Part shown: positions 48,335 through 57,566 of the stretch, piece by piece
How the letters are laid out: each line of letters begins with the position of its first letter
How positions within the stretch are numbered: position 1 is the stretch's first letter
DNA from: a virus
Lineage: Duplodnaviria; Heunggongvirae; Uroviricota; Caudoviricetes
IMG/VR virus record: IMGVR_UViG_3300008108_000023
Span: 1 to 64,000 of that record
Strand: one strand, 5' to 3'
Length of the DNA stretch: 64,000 nt
Notes under the pieces: model-generated
The model's input: the letters and a program-made list of their open reading frames with translations, nothing else
Database searches by the model: none
What the model was told of the DNA's origin: nothing
Position numbers and translations under genes: made by a program

Positions 48335-48925
48335 ATGAATAATGATTTTTGTGTCATAGTACAAGGACCTTCAGACTACGTTAAAGAATTAAAAAACGCT
48401 TGGACTGGTTATGATTTGATTTGGTCAACATGGCAAGGTGAAGAATCAAAATACGATACTAATGATGTTGTCTTATTCAACAGTATTCCACACGATAGGG
48501 GTGTACAAAATATAGCACTACAAAAAATATCAACTTTGAATGGAATAATGAAAGCCAAAGAAATAGGTTACAACAGAGTCCTTAAATGGAGAAGTGATTT
48601 ACTACCATCTAATGCAAATAGATTAGTTTCCACATTTAAAAAAGAGTGTGTAAATTTTTTGACTTGGCATAATGAAGGAAAATATTTTGTTGATTATTTT
48701 GTGGAGGGTGAAATAGATACGGTGTTTGATATTTGGAATGTATCTACCATACACGATGAGTATTCGGAAAAAATAATCACGGAAAATATAATATCACTTA
48801 ACTATAAAAATATAAACTTTATGGGTGGCGAATTAAGTAATGATAATGAAATTTTTTGGTTAAAACGAAATATTAATTTGTCCACATATAAAGACGCACC
48901 ATGTTATAGTATGGTGGTGATTTAA
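48335..48925 (+). CDS. glycan-operon protein 8
   Basis: 196-aa ORF. Confidence 0.5.
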   Translation: MNNDFCVIVQGPSDYVKELKNAWTGYDLIWSTWQGEESKYDTNDVVLFNSIPHDRGVQNIALQKISTLNGIMKAKEIGYNRVLKWRSDLLPSNANRLVSTFKKECVNFLTWHNEGKYFVDYFVEGEIDTVFDIWNVSTIHDEYSEKIITENIISLNYKNINFMGGELSNDNEIFWLKRNINLSTYKDAPCYSMVVI

Positions 48926-48936
48926 AAATTATAAAA

Positions 48937-49671
48937 ATGATAGATAATTCAAAATTTATTGACGACGCATTTACTCAAGATGAATTAAATAGGGGTGCCT
49001 TTACCGATTTGAATGGTAGATGTCCATTATGGACAACAAAAATGATTAATGTTATAAAAGATAAAATTGACTTTAATGATGTCAACACAATATTAGATAT
49101 TGGGTCAAGAGATGGTTGCCAAAGTTTAGAGTTAAATAGATGGTTTCCACATGCTAAAATATATGCGTTTGAACCAGTAAAAGAAAACTACGAATTTACA
49201 GTTAAGAACGTTGAGAAAATTAATAACATAAAAGTTTACCAATACGCAATAAACAATTACAACGGTAAAACTAAATTTTACGAAGTTTATAATGGAAATG
49301 TGGGTGCCAGTTCTTTATTACAGACAACAAACCACTGGCGTTCATCTCAGTGGGCCCAAAAGGAAACTGAGGTTGACTGTATTGTTCTTAGTGATTGGTT
49401 AAAAGAAAATGATATTAAAAGTGTTGATTTGATTTGGATGGATGTTCAAGGTGCAGAAAATATCGTATTAGACTCTCTAAAAGAATATTTAAATGATGTA
49501 AAAATAATAACCACCGAAGTAGGGTTACAGGAATTATATCGTGGTTCTACAAGTAAATCTGAACTAGATGAAAAACTAAATAGGTTTATACCAATAGACG
49601 AGTCGCCAGAATCTTCAAACACAGAAATGGATGTGGTTTATATCAACAAAAATTTAACACCTTATGGATAA
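48937..49671 (+). CDS. FkbM-family SAM-dependent methyltransferase
   Basis: LDIGSRDGCQSLEL...IYAFEPVKENYEF...NGNVGASSL matches the FkbM domain. Confidence 0.7.
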   Translation: MIDNSKFIDDAFTQDELNRGAFTDLNGRCPLWTTKMINVIKDKIDFNDVNTILDIGSRDGCQSLELNRWFPHAKIYAFEPVKENYEFTVKNVEKINNIKVYQYAINNYNGKTKFYEVYNGNVGASSLLQTTNHWRSSQWAQKETEVDCIVLSDWLKENDIKSVDLIWMDVQGAENIVLDSLKEYLNDVKIITTEVGLQELYRGSTSKSELDEKLNRFIPIDESPESSNTEMDVVYINKNLTPYG

Positions 49672-50365
49672 TAAAATTTGTTACGTTACTTATACAAATT
49701 CAAAATGTTCAGATATTTTGGATATGTTCTTGTTAGAACAAAAAAAGTACACAAACTTACCGATGTATTTTATTACAGATGTAATGATACCCGAGCAAAT
49801 TTGTTTTTTATATGAAAATCAAGAACCTTATTATGAATCATGGTTAAAGTGTTTATCTTCAATACCATATGACTATTTTATATACTTACAAGAAGACTTT
49901 ATTCTTTATAACAATGTCAGTCATGATAAAATTTTTAATTACCTCGATTTTTTACATGATAACCAAGAATATTCGTTCATTAGATTGTTAAAATCGGGGT
50001 CTGTTAAAGATAAAAAAATTTATGAGACCTTATATGAAATAGAATCCGACAATAAAGATATATTTTCTATGCAACCAACTATTTGGAAAAAAGATGATTA
50101 CATTAAAATCATGAAAGGTACCAAAAATAATATGTGGTTAGAGAATGAAACATATAGAAATTTTATGATAGAAAACAACATCAAAGGTTTATATCATTAC
50201 GATGGTGAAAACAAAAGGGGGTTGAATCATTTTGATAGTTCTGTTTATCCATATATAGCAACGGCTTTAGTTAGAGGTAAATGGAATTTATCTGAATACC
50301 CTAATGAACTCTCTCCATTAATAAATGAATATGAAATAAACGTAAATGTTCGGGGGATACATTAA
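49664..50365 (+). CDS. glycan-operon protein 10
   Basis: 233-aa ORF. Confidence 0.5.
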   Translation: MDNKICYVTYTNSKCSDILDMFLLEQKKYTNLPMYFITDVMIPEQICFLYENQEPYYESWLKCLSSIPYDYFIYLQEDFILYNNVSHDKIFNYLDFLHDNQEYSFIRLLKSGSVKDKKIYETLYEIESDNKDIFSMQPTIWKKDDYIKIMKGTKNNMWLENETYRNFMIENNIKGLYHYDGENKRGLNHFDSSVYPYIATALVRGKWNLSEYPNELSPLINEYEINVNVRGIH

Positions 50366-50367
50366 TA

Positions 50368-51042
50368 ATGAAAATTGTTCTATCTTTTTACACCAACAAT
50401 AAATTTAGTAACACCGTTCAAAAATTAATCGGATATTATAATTCACGTGGTTTCAATGATATCCGAGGATTTAAATCTGAAGATGTTAAGAAAGGTATTT
50501 TTTATGAAAACCATAAAGAAATATTAGATTGTGAAACGGGTGATGGATTTTGGTTGTGGAAACCAAAAATTATTTTAGATATTTTGAATGAATTAGAAGA
50601 TGGGGATGCATTAATTTATACCGATGCCGGTGATTTAGTTGATGTTGATTATAATACGATTGCAAATTATTTGAAAGATAATGATTATTATTTTACAAAT
50701 TGGAATGGAAATCGTTGGCCTCAAAAAATATGTACAAAAAGAGACTGTTTTATCTTGATGGATTGTGATGAAGAAAAGTTTCATGAAACACCACAGATGG
50801 AAGCAGGATTTATCATCATTAAAAAAACCAAACAAATGATGGAATTTGTTCACGATTATTTTAAGTATTGTAGTATTAAACAGATAGTTGACAATGAACC
50901 AAATCAAATTGGTGAGAATTTTCCAAATTGGCAATTCCATAGAAATGACCAAAGTATATTAACTAACTTGGTTGTGAAACATAATTTAAAATTTGATTAT
51001 TGTCTCGATTATAGAATAAAATACAACGTATATATACCATGA
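50368..51042 (+). CDS. glycan-operon protein 11 (possible glycosyltransferase)
   Basis: 224-aa ORF; DGFWLWKP and YTDAGD motifs; weak. Confidence 0.5.
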   Translation: MKIVLSFYTNNKFSNTVQKLIGYYNSRGFNDIRGFKSEDVKKGIFYENHKEILDCETGDGFWLWKPKIILDILNELEDGDALIYTDAGDLVDVDYNTIANYLKDNDYYFTNWNGNRWPQKICTKRDCFILMDCDEEKFHETPQMEAGFIIIKKTKQMMEFVHDYFKYCSIKQIVDNEPNQIGENFPNWQFHRNDQSILTNLVVKHNLKFDYCLDYRIKYNVYIP

Positions 51043-51800
51043 AATTTATTGCATTAAATTATAATTATGACTTAAATAAAATGTCCCAAATCGGTCGGAA
51101 ATGGGCGTTTGATGTCTACAAAAATAAAGAGTTTATATCTGATTATTCATCAGCATCTTATGCTTCATTTATTGATAAGAATAGAAAAAGTATTTTACAT
51201 CTTTATACTGATGATGTTGAGGGTATGAAAGAAAAAATGAACAAGTATAACATTGACCAAGACAGAATTATTTATATTGATTACACGGAACAACTTACCA
51301 AATACAATGAAAGTCTTAATTATAGTTTTACAGTTTTAAATGATTTTATTAATTATGCAAAATCAGAAACTGAGTACACTGTAAAAATCGATAATGATTT
51401 ATTTTTTCATTCGGAATTACCACAAATTGATGATAATTCTATTATGGTTTGGAAGTATGAAAGAATCGTTAGGAATGGTGACCCGAGATGGGGTGAAATA
51501 AAAATATGTAAACAGGTTACAAATGATTTAGATTTTAAAATTTATAATTTAGGTATTTTTGGGTTGCCCGCGGATTACAATATTCACCAAGCAAAAAAAA
51601 TTATGGAAGATATGATATCGGTAGACATTTCAGATGTGACTGATACAGACTCGAAGATTTATCATTGTTGTGAGCAAACGGCAAATAATTGGATTTTTCA
51701 CAAAGAAAATTATAACGTGATTGAAACGTATAATTATGTTGACCACCTGTTTGATAGAAAAGGTGATTGTATAGAATTATCAAAATATCTTTTAAAATGA
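51039..51800 (+). CDS. glycan-operon protein 12
   Basis: 253-aa ORF. Confidence 0.5.
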   Translation: MKFIALNYNYDLNKMSQIGRKWAFDVYKNKEFISDYSSASYASFIDKNRKSILHLYTDDVEGMKEKMNKYNIDQDRIIYIDYTEQLTKYNESLNYSFTVLNDFINYAKSETEYTVKIDNDLFFHSELPQIDDNSIMVWKYERIVRNGDPRWGEIKICKQVTNDLDFKIYNLGIFGLPADYNIHQAKKIMEDMISVDISDVTDTDSKIYHCCEQTANNWIFHKENYNVIETYNYVDHLFDRKGDCIELSKYLLK

Positions 51801-52564
51801 AAACATCAGTAGTATTGACAATTCACAACAAGGAATTCTTAATGAACCAAGTGGTGAGTAACTTGGTAAATAATTTATCAGAACTGAATGACCAGATTGT
51901 AATAGTTTTTGATGGTTGTACAGATAATAGTGAAGGTATTGTTCGTGACAATTTAAAGAGAGTTAGTAATAAAAAAATTGATTACCTGTATGCCGACAAT
52001 GTTTTTGAAACCAAAGCAAATAATATTGGTCTAAAGTCTGTTATAAATGATTATGTGGTCTTAATCCAAGATGATATGGTTGTCACAGAAAAAGATTTTG
52101 ATAAGAGGATGTTGGAACCGTTCATAAAATATAGTGATGTGTTCGCTGTAACATCTTTTGTTGCTCACAATAACATCTATAATGAACAAACAAAACAAAT
52201 AAATTACATCGATATTGCACATAAAGATAACTCATCAAGAGATATTTTTTATGCTAGAGAATATGGTAACAGAGGTCCACTAATGTACAACTATAATGAC
52301 GTGGTCAAATTAAATTTTTTAGACGAATATTTTTCACCCCAAAATTATGATGATATGGATATGTCCATGAGAGCATTCAAAGAACTCGGAAAAGTGTCAG
52401 GTTTATATACGATAGATTATATTTCCGAACCTGGATGGGGGACCACTAGACAAAAAAATCAATCATTACATAATAATTTAGTTTACGTAAACGCAGCAAA
52501 AATACTTGAAAAACACAGGGATTTATTGTATAATAAAGACAAATATAAAGAGGATAGAGAATGA
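51797..52564 (+). CDS. family-2 glycosyltransferase
   Basis: MKTSVVLTIHNKE... GT2 N-terminus and LIQDDMV DxD; start chosen at the ATGA overlap (51797) rather than ORF-track 51767. Confidence 0.65.
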   Translation: MKTSVVLTIHNKEFLMNQVVSNLVNNLSELNDQIVIVFDGCTDNSEGIVRDNLKRVSNKKIDYLYADNVFETKANNIGLKSVINDYVVLIQDDMVVTEKDFDKRMLEPFIKYSDVFAVTSFVAHNNIYNEQTKQINYIDIAHKDNSSRDIFYAREYGNRGPLMYNYNDVVKLNFLDEYFSPQNYDDMDMSMRAFKELGKVSGLYTIDYISEPGWGTTRQKNQSLHNNLVYVNAAKILEKHRDLLYNKDKYKEDRE

Positions 52565-53178
52565 ATAATATAGAGCTAAAGACATTTATGATTAATCATA
52601 ATGTTAATATCCATGGTGTGATTCACGTTGGTGCACATTTTGGTCAAGAAGATGAAGTTTATAAGGAATTGGGTATTTCAAACAGAATATACTTTGAACC
52701 TCTATCGTCTAATTTTGAGACCTTAAAAGAAAAAATAGATGATGACGCAATTTTAGTTAAACTGGCGTTAGGTAATGAAAAGAGAAAAGTTTCTATGTTT
52801 GTAGAATCCTTTAATAAAGGTATGTCATCCTCAATATTAGAACCGAAATTACATTCTGTTCAATTTCCTCATATCGTTTTTGATTCTGTAGAAGAAGTTG
52901 AAATGGATAGATTGGATGATTTAAATTACGATTTTTCAAAATACAACATGATGAATATCGATGTTCAAGGTTTTGAATTAGAGGTTCTCAAAGGTTCCGT
53001 GAATACATTAATCAACATTGACTACGTTATTGTAGAAATAAACAGAGCCGAATTATATAAAGGTTGTCCACACTTTGATGAAATAAACAATTGGATGACA
53101 CATCATGGGTTTACCTGTGTTGAACAATTTTGGTGGGGTAATAATTTTGGTGAGGGATTTTTTAAAAAAATAAAATGA
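52561..53178 (+). CDS. FkbM-family SAM-dependent methyltransferase
   Basis: IHVGAHFGQEDEVY...IYFEPLSSNFETL...GMSSSI matches the FkbM domain. Confidence 0.65.
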   Translation: MNNIELKTFMINHNVNIHGVIHVGAHFGQEDEVYKELGISNRIYFEPLSSNFETLKEKIDDDAILVKLALGNEKRKVSMFVESFNKGMSSSILEPKLHSVQFPHIVFDSVEEVEMDRLDDLNYDFSKYNMMNIDVQGFELEVLKGSVNTLINIDYVIVEINRAELYKGCPHFDEINNWMTHHGFTCVEQFWWGNNFGEGFFKKIK

Positions 53179-54236
53179 AACGAGTATTAGTATTGGGTGG
53201 TGGCGGATTTATTGGTGGTCACCTAGCAAAAAGATTAAAAAATGAAGGAAACTACGTAAGAGTAGTTGATATAAAAAGACACGAATATTTTGATGAGAAA
53301 GACTTTTGTGACGAATTCTTAATATATGACCTTACGGACCCAAAAAACGTATCATCAGTAATGAGATTAGAAGAATTAAATGGTACGATATTACCGTTTA
53401 ATTATTACAAACAACCATATTCAACTGAGGTCCCATTTGATGAGGTTTATCAATTAGCTGCCGATATGGGTGGTGCTGGTTACATCTTCACTGGTGAAAA
53501 TGACGCGAATGTTATGCACAATTCTGCAATGATAAATTTAAATGTTGTAAATGAATCAGTGAAGACAAAAGTTAAGAAGATTTTTTATTCATCATCGGCA
53601 TGTATGTATCCTGAACACAATCAATTAGACCCTAACAACCCAAATTGTGAAGAATCATCAGCATATCCCGCGAATCCTGATTCAGAATATGGTTGGGAAA
53701 AACTTTTTTCGGAAAGGTTGTACTTGGCTTTTCACAGAAATCACGGTTTGGATGTTCGAATTGCTAGATTTCATAACATATTTGGTCCATATGGTACGTG
53801 GAAAGGTGGTAAAGAAAAAGCACCAGCAGCTATGTGTAGAAAAGTTGCCGAAATGTTAGACGGTGGAGAAATTGAAGTTTGGGGTGATGGTCAACAGACT
53901 CGTTCATTCTTATATGTGGATGAATGTGTTGAAGCGGTTTTAAGACTAATGAGACAAGACTCTTTTTTGGGTCCTGTAAACATTGGTTCTGAAGAGAAAG
54001 TAACAATTAATGATTTGGCTCAAATGGCTATAGATATTTCAGGTAAAGAAATTTATATCAGAAATATTGGTGGGGAAGAATTTAAACAGAAGTATGGATA
54101 TAAATGTCCTGTTGGTGTGAGGGGAAGAAATTCAGACAATAAATTATACCACGAAAAAATAGGTTGGGTTGTTAGTGAACCTCTGTTCTATGGAATGGAA
54201 AAAACCTATAAATGGATTAATAGTTTAGTTAAATAA
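53175..54236 (+). CDS. GDP-mannose 3,5-epimerase-like NAD-dependent epimerase (SDR)
   Basis: GGGGFIGGHL Rossmann motif; SSSACMYPE, RFHNIFGPYGTWKGGKEKAPAAMCRK, WGDGQQTRSF, VDECVEAVLRL, PVNIGSEEKV and GVRGRNSDN blocks closely parallel plant GME (as recalled). Confidence 0.8.
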   Translation: MKRVLVLGGGGFIGGHLAKRLKNEGNYVRVVDIKRHEYFDEKDFCDEFLIYDLTDPKNVSSVMRLEELNGTILPFNYYKQPYSTEVPFDEVYQLAADMGGAGYIFTGENDANVMHNSAMINLNVVNESVKTKVKKIFYSSSACMYPEHNQLDPNNPNCEESSAYPANPDSEYGWEKLFSERLYLAFHRNHGLDVRIARFHNIFGPYGTWKGGKEKAPAAMCRKVAEMLDGGEIEVWGDGQQTRSFLYVDECVEAVLRLMRQDSFLGPVNIGSEEKVTINDLAQMAIDISGKEIYIRNIGGEEFKQKYGYKCPVGVRGRNSDNKLYHEKIGWVVSEPLFYGMEKTYKWINSLVK

Positions 54237-54268
54237 AAAAGGGGGTTATTGACCCCCTTCTTTTTTTT
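54235..54268. terminator. strong bidirectional terminator (AAGGGGGT-TATTG-ACCCCCTT + T9)
   Basis: Perfect 8-bp G/C stem between the converging epimerase gene and the minus-strand glutaredoxin-like gene, flanked by A6 and T9. Confidence 0.75.
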
Positions 54269-54539
54269 CAATGTATTTTAATATAATTGCTAACGCCTCG
54301 TCGTCCCCATTAAAATCTTTTTCGGGACAAAAAAAGGGTCCTTTACCAGTGTCGTCTTTTTTAATGTAAAAGGCGGGTAAATATTCATTACCCGTTTGTT
54401 CAATTACTTTATTCCAAATCTCTTTATTCTTACCAACTTCAACTTCTCGGTAAGGTAATGATTCTTTTTGGAGTCTCTCTTTTAATCTTTTACAACCTCC
54501 ACAACCCTCAAGTGTAAATAGAAGTAATTCATTCGCCAT
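54246..54539 (-). CDS. glutaredoxin/NrdH-like redoxin (CGGC)
   Basis: LFTLEGCGGCKRLKERL: CxxC in thioredoxin-fold context, 97 aa. Confidence 0.5.
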   Translation of the reverse strand: MANELLLFTLEGCGGCKRLKERLQKESLPYREVEVGKNKEIWNKVIEQTGNEYLPAFYIKKDDTGKGPFFCPEKDFNGDDEALAIILKYIEKKEGGQ

Positions 54540-54540
54540 A

Positions 54541-54846
54541 TTATAAAGTGTTTAATATTTCTTTGTAAAAAGAATCGGGTCTAACACCTGATGTTCTTGA
54601 TACTTCGTTATTACCATTAAATATCATTACCGTTGGTACTGAACGTACCCCATATTCTTGAGAACCTGACATTTCAGAATCAACATTAACCTTGACGAAT
54701 TTAACATCAGGGTATTCGTGTTGTAGTAAATCTAATTTTGGTAATAACATTTTACATGGTCCACACCATTCAGCGTAAAAGTCGGCAAGAACTTTCTCAC
54801 CGTTTTGTTTCATTTCATTTAGTTTTTCAACTGTTACTAATTCCAT
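54541..54846 (-). CDS. trxA: thioredoxin
   Basis: Canonical WCGPC active site (FYAEWCGPCKM); 101 aa. Confidence 0.8.
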   Translation of the reverse strand: MELVTVEKLNEMKQNGEKVLADFYAEWCGPCKMLLPKLDLLQHEYPDVKFVKVNVDSEMSGSQEYGVRSVPTVMIFNGNNEVSRTSGVRPDSFYKEILNTL

Positions 54847-54858
54847 TTTTCTTTAATT

Positions 54859-55926
54859 TTAAAATCCTATTTGTTTTTTATTTTCAACTCGAACCACGTC
54901 TTCATCGATATTATAAATATCCGCAAGTGTAGTTGGTTTATCAACTGTTTTTTTCTTACCTAAGTGTTTTAATAATTTGTTAGATTCTTCAACACTTAGA
55001 GGTTCAAATTTATGTTCACAAATTAATCTACCCTTTCTCAGTAGGGCTTGGTCAATTTTTTCTTTTTTCATATTGAAGGTAGCAACGATTTGAATATTCA
55101 AACAATCCCCAAGAATACCATCTGTTATGTTTAATATATTAGAAACACCAACAGAAGAACCGTTTAATTCTCTATCTGAAATTACTTTCTCGGCATCTTC
55201 AATAATCAGAATAGAGTTTTTATGTTCCATCAAGAATGGAATAATTGAGGGTTCTGAAAGAGATTCGGCCATAGATGGTGGAATAAATAGTATCTCTTTA
55301 TCGACAATCAATCTTGTAAGGTACTTTATATACGAAGTTTTGCCCGTGCCGGGGTCTCCATGAAATAACACAATACCTTTATCATTTTTCTTGTTCAGTC
55401 GAGTGACAATAGTATCGTGTAGTTTTACAAACTTATCACCGTAATTTAATTTTATGTCAACATCAGGTACATTTAATTCATATTCCTCGGTGTCCATATG
55501 ACCATGTTCAGATTTTACTAAACTAATACCACTCTTTTTTAATTCAAACTCAAATCCTGATATTTTTTTCAAATCAAAATTTGTATCAAATATACCATGA
55601 GATAATGTGTAATAAAATTCTAACTCAAATAATAATTCTTCTTTTTCATATTTTGATTTTAATAATATTGCAGTTTTATTATTATCATTAAGAAGAAAAA
55701 TTTCTGTATTTGGTTTATGTACTCTTCTTTTAGAGGTTGAATTTAATTCACATATAGGTCTATATCCATCTGATATGAAATAATCCATTACATCTGATGT
55801 ATACACCTTCTCCGTCTTATAAACAGATGGTATTTCATCAAAGGTGTGAAGATACAATTGATTCGTTGGTACGTCGGTACCATACGATGTTTCATAAATA
55901 AAATATTGGTCTGGTGTTTTTCTCAT
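54859..55926 (-). CDS. AAA+ ATPase
   Basis: Walker A GDPGTGKT, Walker B ILIIEDAEK; C-terminal ATPase module after a roughly 170-aa N-domain. Confidence 0.75.
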   Translation of the reverse strand: MRKTPDQYFIYETSYGTDVPTNQLYLHTFDEIPSVYKTEKVYTSDVMDYFISDGYRPICELNSTSKRRVHKPNTEIFLLNDNNKTAILLKSKYEKEELLFELEFYYTLSHGIFDTNFDLKKISGFEFELKKSGISLVKSEHGHMDTEEYELNVPDVDIKLNYGDKFVKLHDTIVTRLNKKNDKGIVLFHGDPGTGKTSYIKYLTRLIVDKEILFIPPSMAESLSEPSIIPFLMEHKNSILIIEDAEKVISDRELNGSSVGVSNILNITDGILGDCLNIQIVATFNMKKEKIDQALLRKGRLICEHKFEPLSVEESNKLLKHLGKKKTVDKPTTLADIYNIDEDVVRVENKKQIGF

Positions 55927-55927
55927 T

Positions 55928-56218
55928 CTATTTGTAATAAAATTTTAAATCCGTTGATTCATAAAAGTAAATTCCATTAAATTCACTATCTTCTACTTTT
56001 TTAAAAATCATCAAAGATACTCTTAGAAATTCAAGTTGTTCCTGTGTTAATTGAGGTTCACCTGTTTTTCTAAAATTATTTTCAGCGACTTTTAAAATAC
56101 TATTATAAAACTCATCTTCGTTCAAGTTTGATAAAAAATATTTTCTCGCTTCCTCATTACTTTCAAAGTAATTTTTAATTGTTTGCAAATATATCAAACT
56201 TTCAGGAGAAAAATCCAT
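55928..56218 (-). CDS. hypothetical protein
   Basis: 96-aa ORF between the AAA ATPase and Dam. Confidence 0.45.
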   Translation of the reverse strand: MDFSPESLIYLQTIKNYFESNEEARKYFLSNLNEDEFYNSILKVAENNFRKTGEPQLTQEQLEFLRVSLMIFKKVEDSEFNGIYFYESTDLKFYYK

Positions 56219-56220
56219 TT

Positions 56221-57111
56221 TTAATAATTCATAATCAGTAATTCAATACCTTCGTTTTGTGTTCCGTCTTTTTTAGCGGCAGCCGCCTTTTTGAAAGTTT
56301 CTTTAGCCCATTTGTAACCAGTTGGTTGAAACATCAAAAGTTGTCCATTTTTACCAATACCAACACCATTTTCGGGGAACCAATCATGAAGTTGTTTAAA
56401 CTCATAATAAGATAAACTAAATTTACCTTGTATACCCTTTAATGTGTTTGCCAACCTTTCATGGTCATTACTATCAAAATCATGATTTGAATAATAATTT
56501 TCTGTTTTCCAATAAGGGGGGTCCATGTAAAAATATGTTTTTGGCGAATCATACTTTTCAACAACTTTTTGGAAATCCATGTTTTCGACAAACGTGATTC
56601 TATCTAAATGTGCTCTATATTCAGGATGTTTGAGTTTGTCCATAAAGATTAACACCTTACATCTGTACTTACCCTTGTAATCAGTATAACTAGAAGTTTC
56701 GGGTTTGGAACCTGAGAAAACTTGAGTTAATACGTAAACGTATTTTGCGGCAACATCAAAATTGGGCTCATCCCCAATGACTAATTCTTCGTTGAATACT
56801 TCTTTTTGGTATGTACGGAACATTTGTTCATATTCAGGTGGGGTGTTTTCCACACCTAATTGTTGACATGGGTATTTCGCGAGTTCATCCCATAACCTAT
56901 CGTAATGTTTAGCACATTTAAAAAGGTTTGCGTTCAATCGATTAAAGTCATTGTAAACGACTGTTTTGAGATTGGGGTATTTCTTTAGGTCCATATTAAA
57001 AAAGACCCAAAACATACCCGAAAACCCCTCCACGTAGGTTTCAATATCATTAGGTATGAACGGAACAATCCACTTACCTATTCTAGCTTTTCCTCCAATG
57101 TAAGATATCAT
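56221..57111 (-). CDS. Dam-like N6-adenine DNA methyltransferase (D12 class, DPPY)
   Basis: N-terminal YIGGKARIGKWI (AdoMet motif) and MDPPYW catalytic motif. Confidence 0.8.
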   Translation of the reverse strand: MISYIGGKARIGKWIVPFIPNDIETYVEGFSGMFWVFFNMDLKKYPNLKTVVYNDFNRLNANLFKCAKHYDRLWDELAKYPCQQLGVENTPPEYEQMFRTYQKEVFNEELVIGDEPNFDVAAKYVYVLTQVFSGSKPETSSYTDYKGKYRCKVLIFMDKLKHPEYRAHLDRITFVENMDFQKVVEKYDSPKTYFYMDPPYWKTENYYSNHDFDSNDHERLANTLKGIQGKFSLSYYEFKQLHDWFPENGVGIGKNGQLLMFQPTGYKWAKETFKKAAAAKKDGTQNEGIELLIMNY

Positions 57112-57284
57112 TTATAATTTTATATTTTGCGTTATTAGTCCTCTAACTATAAAAATATAAGAAACTTTTTTCAAAAATGGAAATCAGTGCGCACTTTTAT
57201 TTTACCGGCTGAGATTTGGTCTTTCCACCTTTCTGTCTTTTTCTTCTCGCGGCGCAGTGGGCTTTTTGAGAAAAACCTTTTGGA

Positions 57285-57566
57285 TTGCTACAATCTATGG
57301 TCTTTTTATATTTCATTGACCATTTTTCAACCACCATGTCTTCCAACAATTCAATCAATTTCATATTGATAAATACTTATTTATTACTTATTTTTTGTAT
57401 TATGGGATGTTCTAATTGTAAACAGAAGAAAGAAATGGCTCCTCCAACAAAGGAGTCATTGGAAAGATTAGCACAAAAGACAGAAAAGGTGATGTATGGT
57501 GCTTTTATTATTTGGAGTGTTTTCGCGGTTTACGGAATCTACTCCTTTGTTAAAAACTTTCTATGA
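57285..57566 (+). CDS. small membrane protein
   Basis: 93-aa ORF with two hydrophobic segments. Confidence 0.4.
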   Translation: MLQSMVFLYFIDHFSTTMSSNNSINFILINTYLLLIFCIMGCSNCKQKKEMAPPTKESLERLAQKTEKVMYGAFIIWSVFAVYGIYSFVKNFL

